Shown piece by piece: positions 1-12,739 of a stretch of DNA of 64,000 bases; position 1 is the first letter of the stretch, and each line of letters opens with the position of its first letter. This stretch comes from Alphaproteobacteria bacterium (GTDB lineage Bacteria > Pseudomonadota > Alphaproteobacteria > MPNO01 > UBA830). Position numbers and translations under genes: made by a program. The notes below the pieces were generated by a model that saw only the letters and a list, made by a program, of their open reading frames with translations, did no database searches and was not told where the DNA came from. The stretch spans positions 288,001-352,000 of the forward strand of contig OZ251539.1 in assembly GCA_965243135.1 (NCBI GenBank), written 5' to 3'.

Positions 1-743
1 ACGGCGTCGTCTTCGAGGGCGAGCACGCGCCCTGGGACATCGTGGCGCTTCGGGATTCCCTCCAGTTCATGCTCGATCCGCGCCGGATCGCCGCGTCCGG
101 TTCCGTGGCGCCGCCCGTGACTCCCCTTTGCCGGATACCCGTCAACGGCGTCGAGAAAGGCCAGTGGCACGCCAAGCAGGCGCTCGACACCGGGGTCTAC
201 GGCGTGGTCTGGCCGCATGTGAGCACCGTCGAGGAGGCTTGCAACGCCGTCGCGGCCTGCCGCTATCCGCGGCTGGCCGACAAGCCGCTCTACGAGCCGC
301 GGGGGATTCGCGGGGACGGACCCGCCCGCGCGGCCCGCTACTGGGGGATCGCGCAGCAGGAATACTATGCCTGCGCCGACGTCTGGCCGCTCGATCCCGA
401 CGGCGAGATCTTCGTGGTGATCCAGATCGAGGACACGGCCGGCGTCGAAAATCTGTCCGACATTCTGGAAAACGTGCCCGGCATCGGCGCGGTGTTGATC
501 GGCGAAGGCGATCTCGGCCAGGAGCTCGGATTTCCGCGGCAGTACGACCATCCCGCTTTGCTCGACGCGATCGCCCGGGTGGTCGACGTCTGCAAGCGGA
601 AAAACGTGATCGCGGGCCATCCCCATGCCGGCGCGGACAATATGCAGGACCTTCTCGATCAGGGGTTCCGCTTTTTGATGGCGGCCCCGCGGCGCAGCTA
701 CGAGGATCTGGAGAAGGGGCTCGAACTGTCGGGACGGAATTGA
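1..743 (+). CDS. HpcH/HpaI aldolase family protein (5' end outside window)
   Basis: Motifs 'KQALDTGVYGVVWPHV', 'QIED', 'IGEGDL'; the frame is open upstream of 42. Confidence 0.8.
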   Translation, partial: GVVFEGEHAPWDIVALRDSLQFMLDPRRIAASGSVAPPVTPLCRIPVNGVEKGQWHAKQALDTGVYGVVWPHVSTVEEACNAVAACRYPRLADKPLYEPRGIRGDGPARAARYWGIAQQEYYACADVWPLDPDGEIFVVIQIEDTAGVENLSDILENVPGIGAVLIGEGDLGQELGFPRQYDHPALLDAIARVVDVCKRKNVIAGHPHAGADNMQDLLDQGFRFLMAAPRRSYEDLEKGLELSGRN

Positions 744-801
744 CGCGTTCCGCGCGGTCCTTCGGCGGGCGGCCGGGAGCGCGCGAAGACCGGCACGCTT
801 T

Positions 802-1413
802 CTACGCGGCGAGTCCTCCGGCGCGCTCTATGAACGCCGCGATCTCCGCAACGCCGTCGCGCGCCTTGATGTTGGCGAACACGAAGGGCCGTTCGCCGCG
901 CATTCTCCGGGAGTCCTTCTCCATTACGCCGAGATCCGCGCCGACCAGCGGCGCGAGGTCGATCTTGTTGATGACGAGAAGATCCGACCGGGTGATGCCG
1001 GGGCCGCCCTTGCGCGGAATCTTGTCGCCGGCCGATACGTCGATCACGTAGATCGTGATGTCCGCCAGTTCTGGGCTGAACGTGGCGGCGAGATTGTCGC
1101 CGCCGGATTCGATGAGGACGAGGTCGAGCGCCTGAAAGCGCGCCCGCAGGTCCGCGATGGCCGCAAGGTTGATCGAGGCGTCTTCCCTTATCGCGGTATG
1201 AGGGCAACCGCCGGTCTCGACGCCCGCGATGCGTTCGGCGGCGAGAGCGCCCGAACGCGTCAGGAACTCCGCGTCCTCCCTCGTATAGATGTCGTTGGTT
1301 ACGACGGCGATTTCGTGGTCGCCGCGCATGCGCTTGCAGAGCGCGTCGACGAGCGCGGTCTTGCCCGAGCCTACGGGACCGCCGACGCCGACGCGGAGGG
1401 GGCCGTTCGTCAT
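802..1413 (-). CDS. ureG: Urease accessory GTPase UreG
   Basis: [10 protein letters not shown]-loop, '[12 protein letters not shown]', NKID; ATG at 1413. Confidence 0.97.
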   Translation of the reverse strand: MTNGPLRVGVGGPVGSGKTALVDALCKRMRGDHEIAVVTNDIYTREDAEFLTRSGALAAERIAGVETGGCPHTAIREDASINLAAIADLRARFQALDLVLIESGGDNLAATFSPELADITIYVIDVSAGDKIPRKGGPGITRSDLLVINKIDLAPLVGADLGVMEKDSRRMRGERPFVFANIKARDGVAEIAAFIERAGGLAA

Positions 1414-2075
1414 GATCTGAAGAGCCTCGTGTACTGGGTTTCGTGACGCATCGACGCGAGGTCGAGCAGCGGCGCCGCCGTTCCGATGTCCGTCATCGGC
1501 ACGATCCGCGTGGCGGCTTCCGCGACCGTTCCGGCGAGCGCCGCAAGCGCGCGTTGGCCGTCGGTCTGGCCGAGCGGAATCAGCCGCATTCCCGCCGAAA
1601 CGAGGTTGGCGGCGAAGGCGTGGAACCAGGCGCGCAACGCGGTCTCGACCGGGATTCCGTGGCCGGCGCACGCCGCCGCCACGGCTACCGGGTAGGTCGC
1701 TTCGTCGTCCAGGCGGTCGAGCGCTTCCGTCGGCCACGCCGAACGGGTGCACTTCAGGAACGCTTCGCCCTGCGCGCGGCTTTCCAGCGCCAGTTCCATC
1801 GTCGCCTGGAACGCGCGGCCCAGCCTCGCGGCTTCGTTGAGCCGCTTCCAGTCCCGGCCGAGCGCGGCGGCGTGGGACTCGCGGAACAGGACGCCGTCGA
1901 CCCTGCCGCTGCCGTCCAGAAGCGCCGCCGCGACCCAGTCGGCGAGGTCGTCCGCATGCGCCACGTCTCCGGCCTCGACCGCGTATTCCAGGCCGTGGCT
2001 GTAGGAAAACGCGCCGACCGGATAGCCCGGCGAGAGCCAGGTCAGCAACCGGTACAGGGCGCCGTCAGCGATCAT
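1410..2075 (-). CDS. ureF: Urease accessory protein UreF
   Basis: '[17 protein letters not shown]' and C-terminal '[11 protein letters not shown]'. Confidence 0.96.
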   Translation of the reverse strand: MIADGALYRLLTWLSPGYPVGAFSYSHGLEYAVEAGDVAHADDLADWVAAALLDGSGRVDGVLFRESHAAALGRDWKRLNEAARLGRAFQATMELALESRAQGEAFLKCTRSAWPTEALDRLDDEATYPVAVAAACAGHGIPVETALRAWFHAFAANLVSAGMRLIPLGQTDGQRALAALAGTVAEAATRIVPMTDIGTAAPLLDLASMRHETQYTRLFRS

Positions 2076-2504
2076 GGCCGCCGCGGTCGTATGCGCCGCG
2101 TTCCGGGTCGAACGGCGCGCGGACCGGCGTGACCGTTGCGCCCAGGCCGCGCAGCATGTCCTCGATGACGCGGTCGCGCCGGATCAGGATGCGGTCGGCG
2201 CGGATGTCCGCCGGACAATGCCGGTTTCCCAGGTGCCAGCCGATGCGGGTCAGGCCGTTTTCGCAAGTCACTTCGGCGAGGTCCTCGGCTGCCGCCCGCA
2301 CTTCGATCCAGCCGCCGTCCGCGAGTTCGAGCCCGTCGCCGTCCGCCAGAGCGACGGCTTCGGGAAGGTCCAGCAATACGTCGCCGCCGTCGCAGGGAAG
2401 CCGAATGCGCCGGCGGCGGCGGTTGTCGCTGTCGAGGGTCACCGAACCGACGGCGGAGGCCGGCGGCCACTCTCCGCGCTTCGCGGCTGCGACCGCGCGC
2501 CGCA

Positions 2505-2505
<1 letters not shown>
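2065..2505 (-). CDS. ureE: Urease accessory protein UreE
   Basis: 'GWHLGNRHCP', 'PFDPERGAY'; ATG overlaps the ureC stop. Confidence 0.93.
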
Positions 2506-4217
<1,712 letters not shown>

Positions 4218-4220
4218 GCC

Positions 4221-4532
4221 TCAATCCTCCAGCCTGCCGTCGATCCTGCCCTTGAAGCCGCGGACGACGCGGGCGCCGGCGTAGGCGACGAGGCGCACGG
4301 CGCGGCGCTGTCCCGGCTCGAACCGCGCGGCGGTGCCGGCCGGGATGTCCAGGCGGAATCCGCGCGCCGCCGCGCGGTCGAACGACAGGGCGTCGTTGGT
4401 CTCGAAGAAGTGGTAGTGGGATCCGACCTGTATCGGGCGGTCTCCGGTATTGGACACGTCCAGTTCGACGGTTTCGCGTCCCTCGTTGGCGACGACGGAG
4501 CCCGCCGCCGGGATGATTTCACCCGGTTTCAT
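4221..4532 (-). CDS. ureB: Urease subunit beta
   Basis: '[17 protein letters not shown]'. Confidence 0.98.
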   Translation of the reverse strand: MKPGEIIPAAGSVVANEGRETVELDVSNTGDRPIQVGSHYHFFETNDALSFDRAAARGFRLDIPAGTAARFEPGQRRAVRLVAYAGARVVRGFKGRIDGRLED

Positions 4533-4542
4533 GGCGTTCCTC

Positions 4543-4845
4543 TCAACGTATCGGGTCGTGGACGGTCACCAGCTTCGTGCCGTCGGGAAAGGTGGCTTCG
4601 ACCTGGACGTCATGGATCATCTCGGGGATTCCTTCCATGACCTGATCGCGCGACAGCACCGTCGCGCCGTCCCGCATCAGCTCGGCGACGGACTTGCCGT
4701 CGCGCGCGCCTTCGACGACGTAGTCGGTGATCAACGCCACGGCTTCGGGGTGGTTCAGCCTGACGCCGCGCTCGAGGCGCCGCCGCGCGACCATCGCCGC
4801 CGCGGCCGCCAGCAGCTTGTCCTTCTCCCTCGGCGAAAGTCGCAT
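4543..4845 (-). CDS. ureA: Urease subunit gamma
   Basis: '[11 protein letters not shown]', '[14 protein letters not shown]'. Confidence 0.98.
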   Translation of the reverse strand: MRLSPREKDKLLAAAAAMVARRRLERGVRLNHPEAVALITDYVVEGARDGKSVAELMRDGATVLSRDQVMEGIPEMIHDVQVEATFPDGTKLVTVHDPIR

Positions 4846-4861
4846 GCGCTCTTCCTTGCGT

Positions 4862-5692
4862 TCAGATTTCCCATACCCGCGGCACGCGCGCCGGACAACC
4901 GGGGACGCGGCGGCGCAGCGCGGTCCAGAGCTCGGCGAATTCGCGGCGCAGCGCGGCGGCGTCGGCGCCGGCGAAGCGGGCGATCACGATGTCGTCCATG
5001 CGCGTGGCGCCTCCGGCGATGCGGCGCGCGGTCTCCAGGCAGTCTCCGGCGAACGGCCCGCAACATACGAGCGTCCCGAGCGCGGCCGCGCCGGAAAACG
5101 TGTACCTGTTGCGGAACCGGGACGCCAGATCGCCGTCGAGATGCAAGGCGTCGACCCAGACCGGAACGCCGCCGCGGCGAATCGTCCAGCTGTCGCGCAG
5201 CAGGCCGCGGCTGAAGGTTTCGGCGCGGGCGCGGCGTCCGAAGACCACGATCTCGCCGGCGATCAGCCCGCCCGCCGCCGCGACGTCGATCCGCGTGTCG
5301 CGCCTCAGCCGCGCGCCGTCGAAGAGAATCGTCTCCTGCGGCATCCATTCGAGGAACGCCCCGCTTTCCACGCGGACGGCGACGTCGATCTTCGCTTCCG
5401 GGCCCGCGGATCGATAGATTTTTTCCGCGGCCTGCGTCGTCACCGCGGCGGCCGCGCCCTTTTCCGCCGCGATCTCGATGCGCAGCCTGTCGCCGCCCGC
5501 GACGCCGCCCGACGTGACGGCGAGGACGGCCTCCATGGGAGCGTCCGCGGGCGCGCGGGGAAACAGCATCCTGCAGGGCGCGGCCTGATAGAGATGGCGC
5601 AGCGCGGTCTTGCCGTCCTTCCGCCCGACGACGAGTTCCAGCGCTCCGTCGGCCCGAACCAGGCGGTCAGACGGTAAGGCGCCGTCGTACAT
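4862..5692 (-). CDS. ureD: Urease accessory protein UreD
   Basis: 'SGGVAGGD', 'TTQAAEKIY', 'WMPQETILF'. Confidence 0.95.
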   Translation of the reverse strand: MYDGALPSDRLVRADGALELVVGRKDGKTALRHLYQAAPCRMLFPRAPADAPMEAVLAVTSGGVAGGDRLRIEIAAEKGAAAAVTTQAAEKIYRSAGPEAKIDVAVRVESGAFLEWMPQETILFDGARLRRDTRIDVAAAGGLIAGEIVVFGRRARAETFSRGLLRDSWTIRRGGVPVWVDALHLDGDLASRFRNRYTFSGAAALGTLVCCGPFAGDCLETARRIAGGATRMDDIVIARFAGADAAALRREFAELWTALRRRVPGCPARVPRVWEI

Positions 5693-6362
5693 CGGCTTCG
5701 GCCATTTCTTCCGCCGCGCCCGACATCACGATCTCGCCCCGTTCCATCACGGCGTAGTCGTGCATCAGATCGCGCGCGAAATCGAAATATTGCTCCACCA
5801 GGACGATCGCCATGTCGCCGCGGGCGACCAGTTCGCGGATGACGGAGCCGATCTGCCTGATGACGGACGGCTGGATGCCTTCGGTCGGCTCGTCGAGCAG
5901 CAACAGGCGGGGCCGCGTGACGAGCGCGCGCGCGATGGCGAGTTGCTGCTGCTGTCCGCCGGAGAGATCGCCGCCGCGCCGGCCGGGCATCTCCTTCAGA
6001 ACGGGAAACAGTTCGAAGATCTCCGCGGGGATGAAGCGCTGCTTCCGCGGCGCCGCCGCGTACCCCGTCTTCAGGTTCTCCTCGACGGTCAGCAGGGGAA
6101 AGATCTCGCGTCCCTGCGGAACGAAAGCGATTCCGGCGGCGGCGCGGGCGTGCGGCGGCGCGCGCGTGACGTCCTTCCCCTCCCATTCCACGGCGCCGCG
6201 GCGCGGCCGCGCATGTCCCATGATCGCGCGGAGAAGGCTGGTCTTGCCCACGCCGTTGCGTCCGAGCACGCACGTCACGGCGCCCTTGCGCGCCGTCAGC
6301 CCGACTCCGCGGAGCGCGCGGCTGGCGCCGTAGAAGAGGTCGATTTGCCTGACGACGAGCAT
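5667..6362 (-). CDS. urtE: Urea ABC transporter ATP-binding subunit
   Basis: GRNGVGKT, 'LSGGQQQQL', 'DEPTEGIQP'; operon position. Confidence 0.94.
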   Translation of the reverse strand: MLVVRQIDLFYGASRALRGVGLTARKGAVTCVLGRNGVGKTSLLRAIMGHARPRRGAVEWEGKDVTRAPPHARAAAGIAFVPQGREIFPLLTVEENLKTGYAAAPRKQRFIPAEIFELFPVLKEMPGRRGGDLSGGQQQQLAIARALVTRPRLLLLDEPTEGIQPSVIRQIGSVIRELVARGDMAIVLVEQYFDFARDLMHDYAVMERGEIVMSGAAEEMAEADVRRRLTV

Positions 6363-6365
6363 CGA

Positions 6366-7133
6366 TCAGCGTCCCAGATAGACTTCGATGACCCGGTCGT
6401 CGTTCTGGACGGTATCGATCGAGCCTTCGGCGAGCACGGAGCCTTCGTGCAGCACGGTGACGCGGGTGTCGAGCGCGCGCACGAACTCCATGTCGTGTTC
6501 GACGACGACCACCGAGTGCCTCCGCTCCGCGATGCCGCGCAGCAACGCGGCGGTCTGCTCGGTCTCGGCGTCGGTCATGCCGGCGACAGGTTCGTCGACC
6601 AGCAGGAGATCGGGATCCTGCATCAGCAGCATGCCGATCTCAAGCCATTGCTTCTGACCGTGCGACAGCTCGCCCGCCTTGCGGCCCCGCGAGGCGGCGA
6701 GCCCGGCGAGGTCGAGCGCTTCGTCGATGCGGTCGAGATCGGCGGCCGTCGGGCGGAAGAACAGGGAGCGCCGCGCCTTTCGATCCGATTTGAGGGCGAT
6801 CTCGAGGTTCTCCCGCACGGAGTGGTTCTCCAGAACGGACGGCTTCTGGAACTTGCGGCCGATGCCCAGCTGCGCGATGCCGGCTTCGTCCAGCCGCGTC
6901 AGATCGGTCGTTCCGCGGAAGACGACCTCGCCGGCGTCCGGGCGGGTCTTGCCGGTCGCGACGTCCATCATCGTCGTCTTGCCCGCGCCGTTGGGGCCGA
7001 TGACGGCGCGCATCTCGCCGGGTTCGACGAAGAAGCTGAGCGAATTCAGCGCCTTGAAGCCGTCGAAGCTGACCGATACGCCGTCCATGTAAAGAACGGG
7101 CGCCCTGTCGGGATCCATCTTGATTTCAGCCAT
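6366..7133 (-). CDS. urtD: Urea ABC transporter ATP-binding subunit
   Basis: GPNGAGKT, 'LSHGQKQWLEIG'. Confidence 0.94.
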   Translation of the reverse strand: MAEIKMDPDRAPVLYMDGVSVSFDGFKALNSLSFFVEPGEMRAVIGPNGAGKTTMMDVATGKTRPDAGEVVFRGTTDLTRLDEAGIAQLGIGRKFQKPSVLENHSVRENLEIALKSDRKARRSLFFRPTAADLDRIDEALDLAGLAASRGRKAGELSHGQKQWLEIGMLLMQDPDLLLVDEPVAGMTDAETEQTAALLRGIAERRHSVVVVEHDMEFVRALDTRVTVLHEGSVLAEGSIDTVQNDDRVIEVYLGR

Positions 7134-8226
7134 CGGGCCGGACCGGTTTCCTGAGGCGGCCGAACGCGGGCGCGGCGCCGGCGATCCCCTTCGGCAGGAA
7201 CAGGGTGACGGCGACGAACAGCCCGCCGAGCGCGAAGAGCCACAGCTCCGGCAAGGCGCCGGTGAACCATGTCTTCGCGTAGTTCACCAGAACGGCGCCC
7301 AGCGCCGCTCCGTGGAGCGAGCCGCGTCCGCCCACCGCGACCCAGATCACGATCTCGATGGAAGCGGCGGGCGCGAACTCGCCTGGGTTGACGATGCCGA
7401 CCTGGGGCACGTAGAGTGCGCCCGCGACCCCCGCCAGCGCCGCCGACAACGTGAAGGCGAACAGCTTGTAGTGCTCGACGCGGTAACCCAGGAACCGGAC
7501 GCGGTCCTCGGCGTCGCGTATGCCGATCAACACCCGGCCGAGCCTCGACGCGACGACGAAGCGGCAGAGGAGGTAGCCCAGCGCCAGCGAGACCGCGGAC
7601 GCGGCGAACAGCCCCGCCCGCGTTTCGTCGGAACGCAGGGCGAAGCCGAGGATGTCCTTGAAGTCGGTCAGGCCGTTGTTCCCGCCGAAACCCATGTCGT
7701 TGCGGAAGAAGGCGAGCATCAGGGCGTAGGTCATCGCCTGGGTGATGATCGAGAAATAGACGCCGGTGACGCGCGACCGGAACGCCAGCCATCCGAACGC
7801 GAACGCGAGCGCGGCCGGCGCGGCCATCGCCATCAGGACGGCGAAACCGAACTCGTCGAAGCCCCGCCAGTACCAGGGGAGTTCCTTCCAGTCGAGGAAC
7901 ACCATGAAGTCTGGCAGGACGGGGTGTCCGTAGACGCCGCGATCGCCGATCCGCCGCATCAGGTGCATGCCCATCGCGTAGCCGCCGAGGGCGAAGAAGG
8001 CGCCGTGACCGAGGCTCAGTATGCCGCAGAAGCCCCAGACCAGATCGACGCTCAGCGCGAGCAGGGCGAAGCACAGGTACTTGCCGAGCAGCGAGACCAT
8101 CCAGGTCGGGACGTGGAACGCGGAATCCTCCGGAACCAGCAGGTTGAACGCCGGGACGAGGACGGCCGCCGCGAACAGAACGGCGAGGAAAACGCGGCTG
8201 CCGCGGTCGGAGAGGAGGGCGCTCAC
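7126..8226 (-). CDS. urtC: Urea ABC transporter permease
   Basis: 'GILSLGHGAFFALGGY', 'FGGNNGLTDFK'; GTG start at 8226. Confidence 0.93.
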   Translation of the reverse strand: MSALLSDRGSRVFLAVLFAAAVLVPAFNLLVPEDSAFHVPTWMVSLLGKYLCFALLALSVDLVWGFCGILSLGHGAFFALGGYAMGMHLMRRIGDRGVYGHPVLPDFMVFLDWKELPWYWRGFDEFGFAVLMAMAAPAALAFAFGWLAFRSRVTGVYFSIITQAMTYALMLAFFRNDMGFGGNNGLTDFKDILGFALRSDETRAGLFAASAVSLALGYLLCRFVVASRLGRVLIGIRDAEDRVRFLGYRVEHYKLFAFTLSAALAGVAGALYVPQVGIVNPGEFAPAASIEIVIWVAVGGRGSLHGAALGAVLVNYAKTWFTGALPELWLFALGGLFVAVTLFLPKGIAGAAPAFGRLRKPVRPDG

Positions 8227-9839
8227 GCTTCCGCCGCCCGTCCCCTGAGGGCGAACAGGCCGCGCGGCCGCTTCTGGATGAACAGGATAACGGCGACAAG
8301 GATCAGGATCTTCGCGAGAACCGCGCCGGACCAGGATTCGAGAAGCTTGTTGGCGATTCCGAGCGTCGTCGCCCCGAACAGCGTGCCCAGCAGATTGCCG
8401 ACGCCGCCGAAGACGACGACCATGAACGAATCGACGATGTAGGCCTGCCCGAGATTGGGGCTGACGTTGTCGATCTGGCTGAGCGCGACGCCGCCCATCC
8501 CCGCGATTCCGGATCCGAGGCCGAAGGTGAGAGCGTCGACGCGCCCGGTGCGGATGCCCATGGCGCTCGCCATGCGGCGGTTCTGCGTGACGGCGCGCAT
8601 CTGGAGGCCAAGCGCCGTCTTCCGAAGAACGAGCGCGAGGAGCGCGACCACCAGCAGGCTGAACGCGATGATCCAGATGCGGTTGTGGGTGAGCAACACG
8701 CCCCCTTGCAGCTCGATGGCGCCGCTCATCCAGCTCGGGCTGCTCACCTCCCGGTTCGTGGGGCCGAACGCGGTGCGGACGAGCTGCTGCAAGACGAGGC
8801 TCAGCCCCCAGGTGGCGAGCAGGGTTTCCAGCGGGCGGGCGTACAGGAACCGGATGATTCCGCGCTCGATGGCGATGCCGGCGGTGCCGGCGGCCGCGAA
8901 GGCGGCCGGGACCGCCGCCGCGAGCGACCAGTCGAGGGCATGCGGGAAGTGCGCCCGGAACGCCTCCTGCACCACGAAGGCGGCGTAGGCGCCGATCATG
9001 ATCATTTCGCCGTGGGCCATGTTGATGACGCCCATCACGCCGAAGGTGATGGCGAGGCCGATCGCGGCGAGCAGCAGGACGGAACCCAGGCTGAGGCCGG
9101 TGAACAGTTGCCCGAGCAGGTCCCAGAGGAACACGCGCCGCTCGATGTCTTGCAGCGCCGCCTGCGCCGCCTCCTTCAGGGCTCCGTCCTTCGCGGCGAT
9201 TCGCTTGAGCAGCGCGGAAACTTCGGGATCCGTGTGCTCGGCGAGGACTCCGACGGCGGCGGCCCGCGCGGCCGCGTCGTTCGAATGGGCGATTTCCGCC
9301 GCCGCGAGCGCGCGGGCGAGCGCGCGCTCCGCCTTCGGGTCGGTTTCCCGTTCGAGGGCGGTCCCGAGGACGGCGATCTGGCCGGGCCTGGGAGCCTTGA
9401 ACACGGCGTCCGCAGCGGAAATCCGGACTGCGGGATCCCGGCTCATCAGGTTCAGTCCGCCGACCGCGACGCGTATGGCGCGCCGCAGCCGGTTGTTGCT
9501 GCGCAGCCGCTTCAGCGCGCTTTTCGCGACCGGCGCGAGCGTCTCTCCGGTCGCCGCGTCGACGATCGAGAAGGTCGCGCCGTCGCGGCGGCCGACCACG
9601 AGCCTGCCGTCGGCCTTTCGGACGTAGAGTTTCCGTTCGAGCATCGCGGTCAGCACGTCCGCCGCCCGCGGGTGGCCGGTCGCCGCCATCCGGTTCACGG
9701 CCTCGACCATGGCGCCGTAGCTCCTCGCGTCGAGCGCCTGCACGGAGGCGGCGAAATCGGTTCCCGCCGCCGGCGCGCCGGCGGCGGCGAGCAGCAGGAC
9801 GGCGGCGAGCAATCTCGGGATCATCCGTCCTGCCGACAC
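8223..9839 (-). CDS. urtB: Urea ABC transporter permease
   Basis: 'GVINMAHGE', 'RPLETLLATWG'. Confidence 0.94.
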   Translation of the reverse strand: MSAGRMIPRLLAAVLLLAAAGAPAAGTDFAASVQALDARSYGAMVEAVNRMAATGHPRAADVLTAMLERKLYVRKADGRLVVGRRDGATFSIVDAATGETLAPVAKSALKRLRSNNRLRRAIRVAVGGLNLMSRDPAVRISAADAVFKAPRPGQIAVLGTALERETDPKAERALARALAAAEIAHSNDAAARAAAVGVLAEHTDPEVSALLKRIAAKDGALKEAAQAALQDIERRVFLWDLLGQLFTGLSLGSVLLLAAIGLAITFGVMGVINMAHGEMIMIGAYAAFVVQEAFRAHFPHALDWSLAAAVPAAFAAAGTAGIAIERGIIRFLYARPLETLLATWGLSLVLQQLVRTAFGPTNREVSSPSWMSGAIELQGGVLLTHNRIWIIAFSLLVVALLALVLRKTALGLQMRAVTQNRRMASAMGIRTGRVDALTFGLGSGIAGMGGVALSQIDNVSPNLGQAYIVDSFMVVVFGGVGNLLGTLFGATTLGIANKLLESWSGAVLAKILILVAVILFIQKRPRGLFALRGRAAEA

Positions 9840-9866
9840 GTCGCGGACGTTCTTCGCCCGTCGACG

Positions 9867-11141
9867 TCAGTTGTAACGGGGCTTTTCGCAGTTGCCGCAG
9901 ACCCATGGATAGGTCCAGTTCGCCGTCAACTTGCTGCTTTCGGCGATGAAATCCGACCAGGCGTCGCCCGCTACCGGTCCCGGGGTCTTCCAGACGGTCT
10001 CGAACTGGCCGTCGTCGAGAATCTCGCCGATCAGCACGGGCTTGGTCAGGTGGTGATTGGGCAGCATCTCGGCGACGGTGCCGGTAAGCGACGCGACCTT
10101 CTGCCCGTACATCGCCTGGCGAACCGCGTCGACGTCGGTCGTGCCGGCTTGCCTGACCGCCTGGGCCCACATGTTGAAGCCGATATAGTGCGCTTCCATG
10201 GGATCGTTGGTGACGCGCTTTTCGTCCTTGATGAAGGCGCGCCATCTGTCGATGAAGGCGTCGTTTTCCGGCGACTGCGCGCTCATGAAGTAGTTCCAGG
10301 CGGCGAGATGTCCGACGAGCGGGCTCGTGTCGATGCCGGAAAGCTCTTCCTCGCCGACGGAAAAGGCGACGACCGGAATGTCTTCGGCCTTGATGCCCTG
10401 ATTCGCGAGCTCCTTGTAGAACGGCACATTGGCGTCGCCGTTGATGGTGGAGACCACGGCCGTGTTCTTGCCGGCCGACGCGAACTTCTTCACGTCGGCG
10501 ACGATGGTCTGCCAGTCGGAATGGCCGAACGGCGTGTAGGTTTCCATGATGTCGGCATCGGACACGCCTTTCGACTTCAGGAACGCGCGCAGGATCTTGT
10601 TGGTCGTGCGCGGGTAAACGTAGTCCGTTCCCAGCAGCGCCCAGCGCTCGGCGGTGCCGCCGTCCTCGCTCATCAGGTACTCCACGGCCGGGATCGCCTG
10701 CTGGTTGGGGGCGGCGCCGGTATAGAACACGTTGCGCGAGCTTTCCTCGCCCTCGTACTGCACCGGATAGAACAGAAGGCCGTTGAGTTCCTCGAAAACC
10801 GGCAGGACCGATTTTCTGGAAACCGACGTCCAGCACCCGAAGACCACGTCCACCTTTTCCTTCTGGAGCAGTTCGCGCGCCTTCTCGGCGAAGAGCGGCC
10901 AGTTGGAGGCGGGATCGACGACTACCGGCTCGAGCTTTCTGCCGAGCAGCCCGCCTTTCCCGTTTTGCTCGTCGATCAGCATAAGCATCGTGTCCTTCAA
11001 CGTGGTCTCGCTGATCGCCATGGTGCCGGAAAGCGAGTGCAGGACACCGACCTTGATGGGTTCGGCCGCGTGGACGCCGGTGAACGCGACGCTCGCGGCC
11101 ACGGCTGCCGCGCCCGCGCGGCGGATGATTTTTGTCGTCAT
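9867..11141 (-). CDS. urtA: Urea ABC transporter substrate-binding protein
   Basis: Signal peptide, 'LHSLSGTMAISE', 'GCWTSVSRK', 'DYVYPR'. Confidence 0.96.
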   Translation of the reverse strand: MTTKIIRRAGAAAVAASVAFTGVHAAEPIKVGVLHSLSGTMAISETTLKDTMLMLIDEQNGKGGLLGRKLEPVVVDPASNWPLFAEKARELLQKEKVDVVFGCWTSVSRKSVLPVFEELNGLLFYPVQYEGEESSRNVFYTGAAPNQQAIPAVEYLMSEDGGTAERWALLGTDYVYPRTTNKILRAFLKSKGVSDADIMETYTPFGHSDWQTIVADVKKFASAGKNTAVVSTINGDANVPFYKELANQGIKAEDIPVVAFSVGEEELSGIDTSPLVGHLAAWNYFMSAQSPENDAFIDRWRAFIKDEKRVTNDPMEAHYIGFNMWAQAVRQAGTTDVDAVRQAMYGQKVASLTGTVAEMLPNHHLTKPVLIGEILDDGQFETVWKTPGPVAGDAWSDFIAESSKLTANWTYPWVCGNCEKPRYN

Positions 11142-11182
11142 GGTGACTGTTCCCGAACTGGTTTTGCACTGCAACATAGGAC

Positions 11183-11197
11183 GCAATTTTCGTGCCA
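11183..11197 (-). promoter_or_regulatory. sigma54 -24/-12 promoter of the urt-ure operon
   Basis: Minus strand TGGCAC-GAAAA-TTGC, ~40 nt upstream of the urtA start. Confidence 0.85.
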
Positions 11198-11419
11198 AAC
11201 GGCGAGGGCGCGGCGGAATCGCGGATTTGCGACGGGATGGCGGGCGGCCGCGGCCGGTTGGACCGACGGTCGAATATCGCCGTCCGCAAGACAAGTGCCT
11301 ACAATTTAATCACGACGACGGAACGGAAACGCAGCGGTTTCGACTCGCCGAACCCTGCGGAAGCGGCGGGCATACGGGGGTCGGCAAAGGCCGAGCGGAC
11401 GCGTCCCTCGGCCGTGGGC

Positions 11420-12043
11420 CTACGCGACGGGCTTCATGACGTGGCGCCGGTATCCGGGGCGTTCGCAAAGGGCGTCGAACCAGCGCCTCAAATGAGGATA
11501 GTCCTCGCGTTCGATCGGCATGTTGAACCAGCGCCAGGCCGCGATGCCGACCGGAATGTCGCCCATCGAAAAGGCGGCGCCCGCCATGAAGGCGTTCGCT
11601 GCGAGATTGGCGTCCATGATCGCCATCGCGCCGGACAGTTCCCCGCGCGCTTTCGCGATGGAATCCGGGTTCCGCCGTTCCGGCGGCGTCCGGACAAGTC
11701 CGCGGAATACCGGCACCATCGCCGGGCTCACCCTAGTGGCCTGCCAGTCCATCCAGCGCTCTGCCGATGCGCGCGCTCTGGCGTCCGACGGGCAGAGACC
11801 GCCCGCGCCGTACCGGGCGGCGAGATATCGGACGATGGCGTTGGACTCCCAAAGCGTGAACCCGTCGTCCTCGACGACGGTCGGCACCAGGCCGTTGGGA
11901 TTCATCGCCAGATAGGCGGCCGTGTCGTTGCCGCCGAAGCCGCCCCCTACGTCCTCGCGTTCGAAGGCTATATCGAGCTCGGCGCAGGCCCAGAGCACCT
12001 TCATCACGTTCGACGAGGTATCGCGTCCCAGTATTTTGAGCAT
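11420..12043 (-). CDS. Glutathione S-transferase family protein
   Basis: 'NPNGLVP', 'LWESNAIVRYL', 'MGDI'. Confidence 0.93.
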   Translation of the reverse strand: MLKILGRDTSSNVMKVLWACAELDIAFEREDVGGGFGGNDTAAYLAMNPNGLVPTVVEDDGFTLWESNAIVRYLAARYGAGGLCPSDARARASAERWMDWQATRVSPAMVPVFRGLVRTPPERRNPDSIAKARGELSGAMAIMDANLAANAFMAGAAFSMGDIPVGIAAWRWFNMPIEREDYPHLRRWFDALCERPGYRRHVMKPVA

Positions 12044-12121
12044 GTTGCGCTCCGCCTCCGGCGCGAGGAGTATTCCGCATCGGCGGCGGTCTGTCGAGGT
12101 TCGGCGGGCAGATGCGCGGGT

Positions 12122-12204
12122 ACGGCGTACGCTGCGTCGCGACGACGAAACGAATGCTGGCCCGCCTGACGCTCGAACGATCAGGCTTCCGACCTGCAGA
12201 GTCG
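12122..12204 (+). repeat. ~85-100 bp dispersed repeat, copy 1 (others at 16639-16739 and 21801-21894)
   Basis: Shared 'cgcctgacgctcgaacgatcaggcttccgacctgcagag'; copy 2 is the 5' end of the hydrolase gene. Confidence 0.9.
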
Positions 12205-12483
12205 CGGCGGCTTTAGCAACTCCGCCTTCTCGGCGTACCTTCCGGGAGCGTCAGCCGCTTTGGCGGAAATCGCCGAAAATGAATGACGAAGGCTCAATTC
12301 GCGTTATGTGCGGGAGCTCGGTCGCCAACTGACGGGAATTACGCAGAAATCTCTCTTAAGATGCTGAAATATATCCATGATTTTTTGTGTTCCTAGGACC
12401 CTTCCAAGGCGCTGACGTATCATGTTGCGCAAAGCTGCACATGCATGATGCGAATTGAGCCTTCAGCGATTCCCGCCAAAGCG

Positions 12484-12684
12484 GACGCTCCCGGAAGGGC
12501 GGAGTGGACAAGCCACCGGACATGATGGCATTTCTTCATCCGAAGGCAAAATTTCCCCTCAGGCTCCCGGAAACGCGCCATCAACCGACGCTCCCGGAAG
12601 GGCGGAGTGGACAAGCCACCGGACATGATGGCATTTCTTCATCCGAAGGCAAAATTTCCCCTCAGGCTCCCGGAAACGCGCCAT
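12484..12684 (+). repeat. Tandem direct duplication, ~98-bp unit with 103-bp period
   Basis: 12484-12581 matches 12587-12684. Confidence 0.92.
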
Positions 12685-12739
12685 GGCGGCGAGTCGGATG
12701 TTCTACGGGCCCCGAACGCCGCACCGCGCGCGGCGTCTC

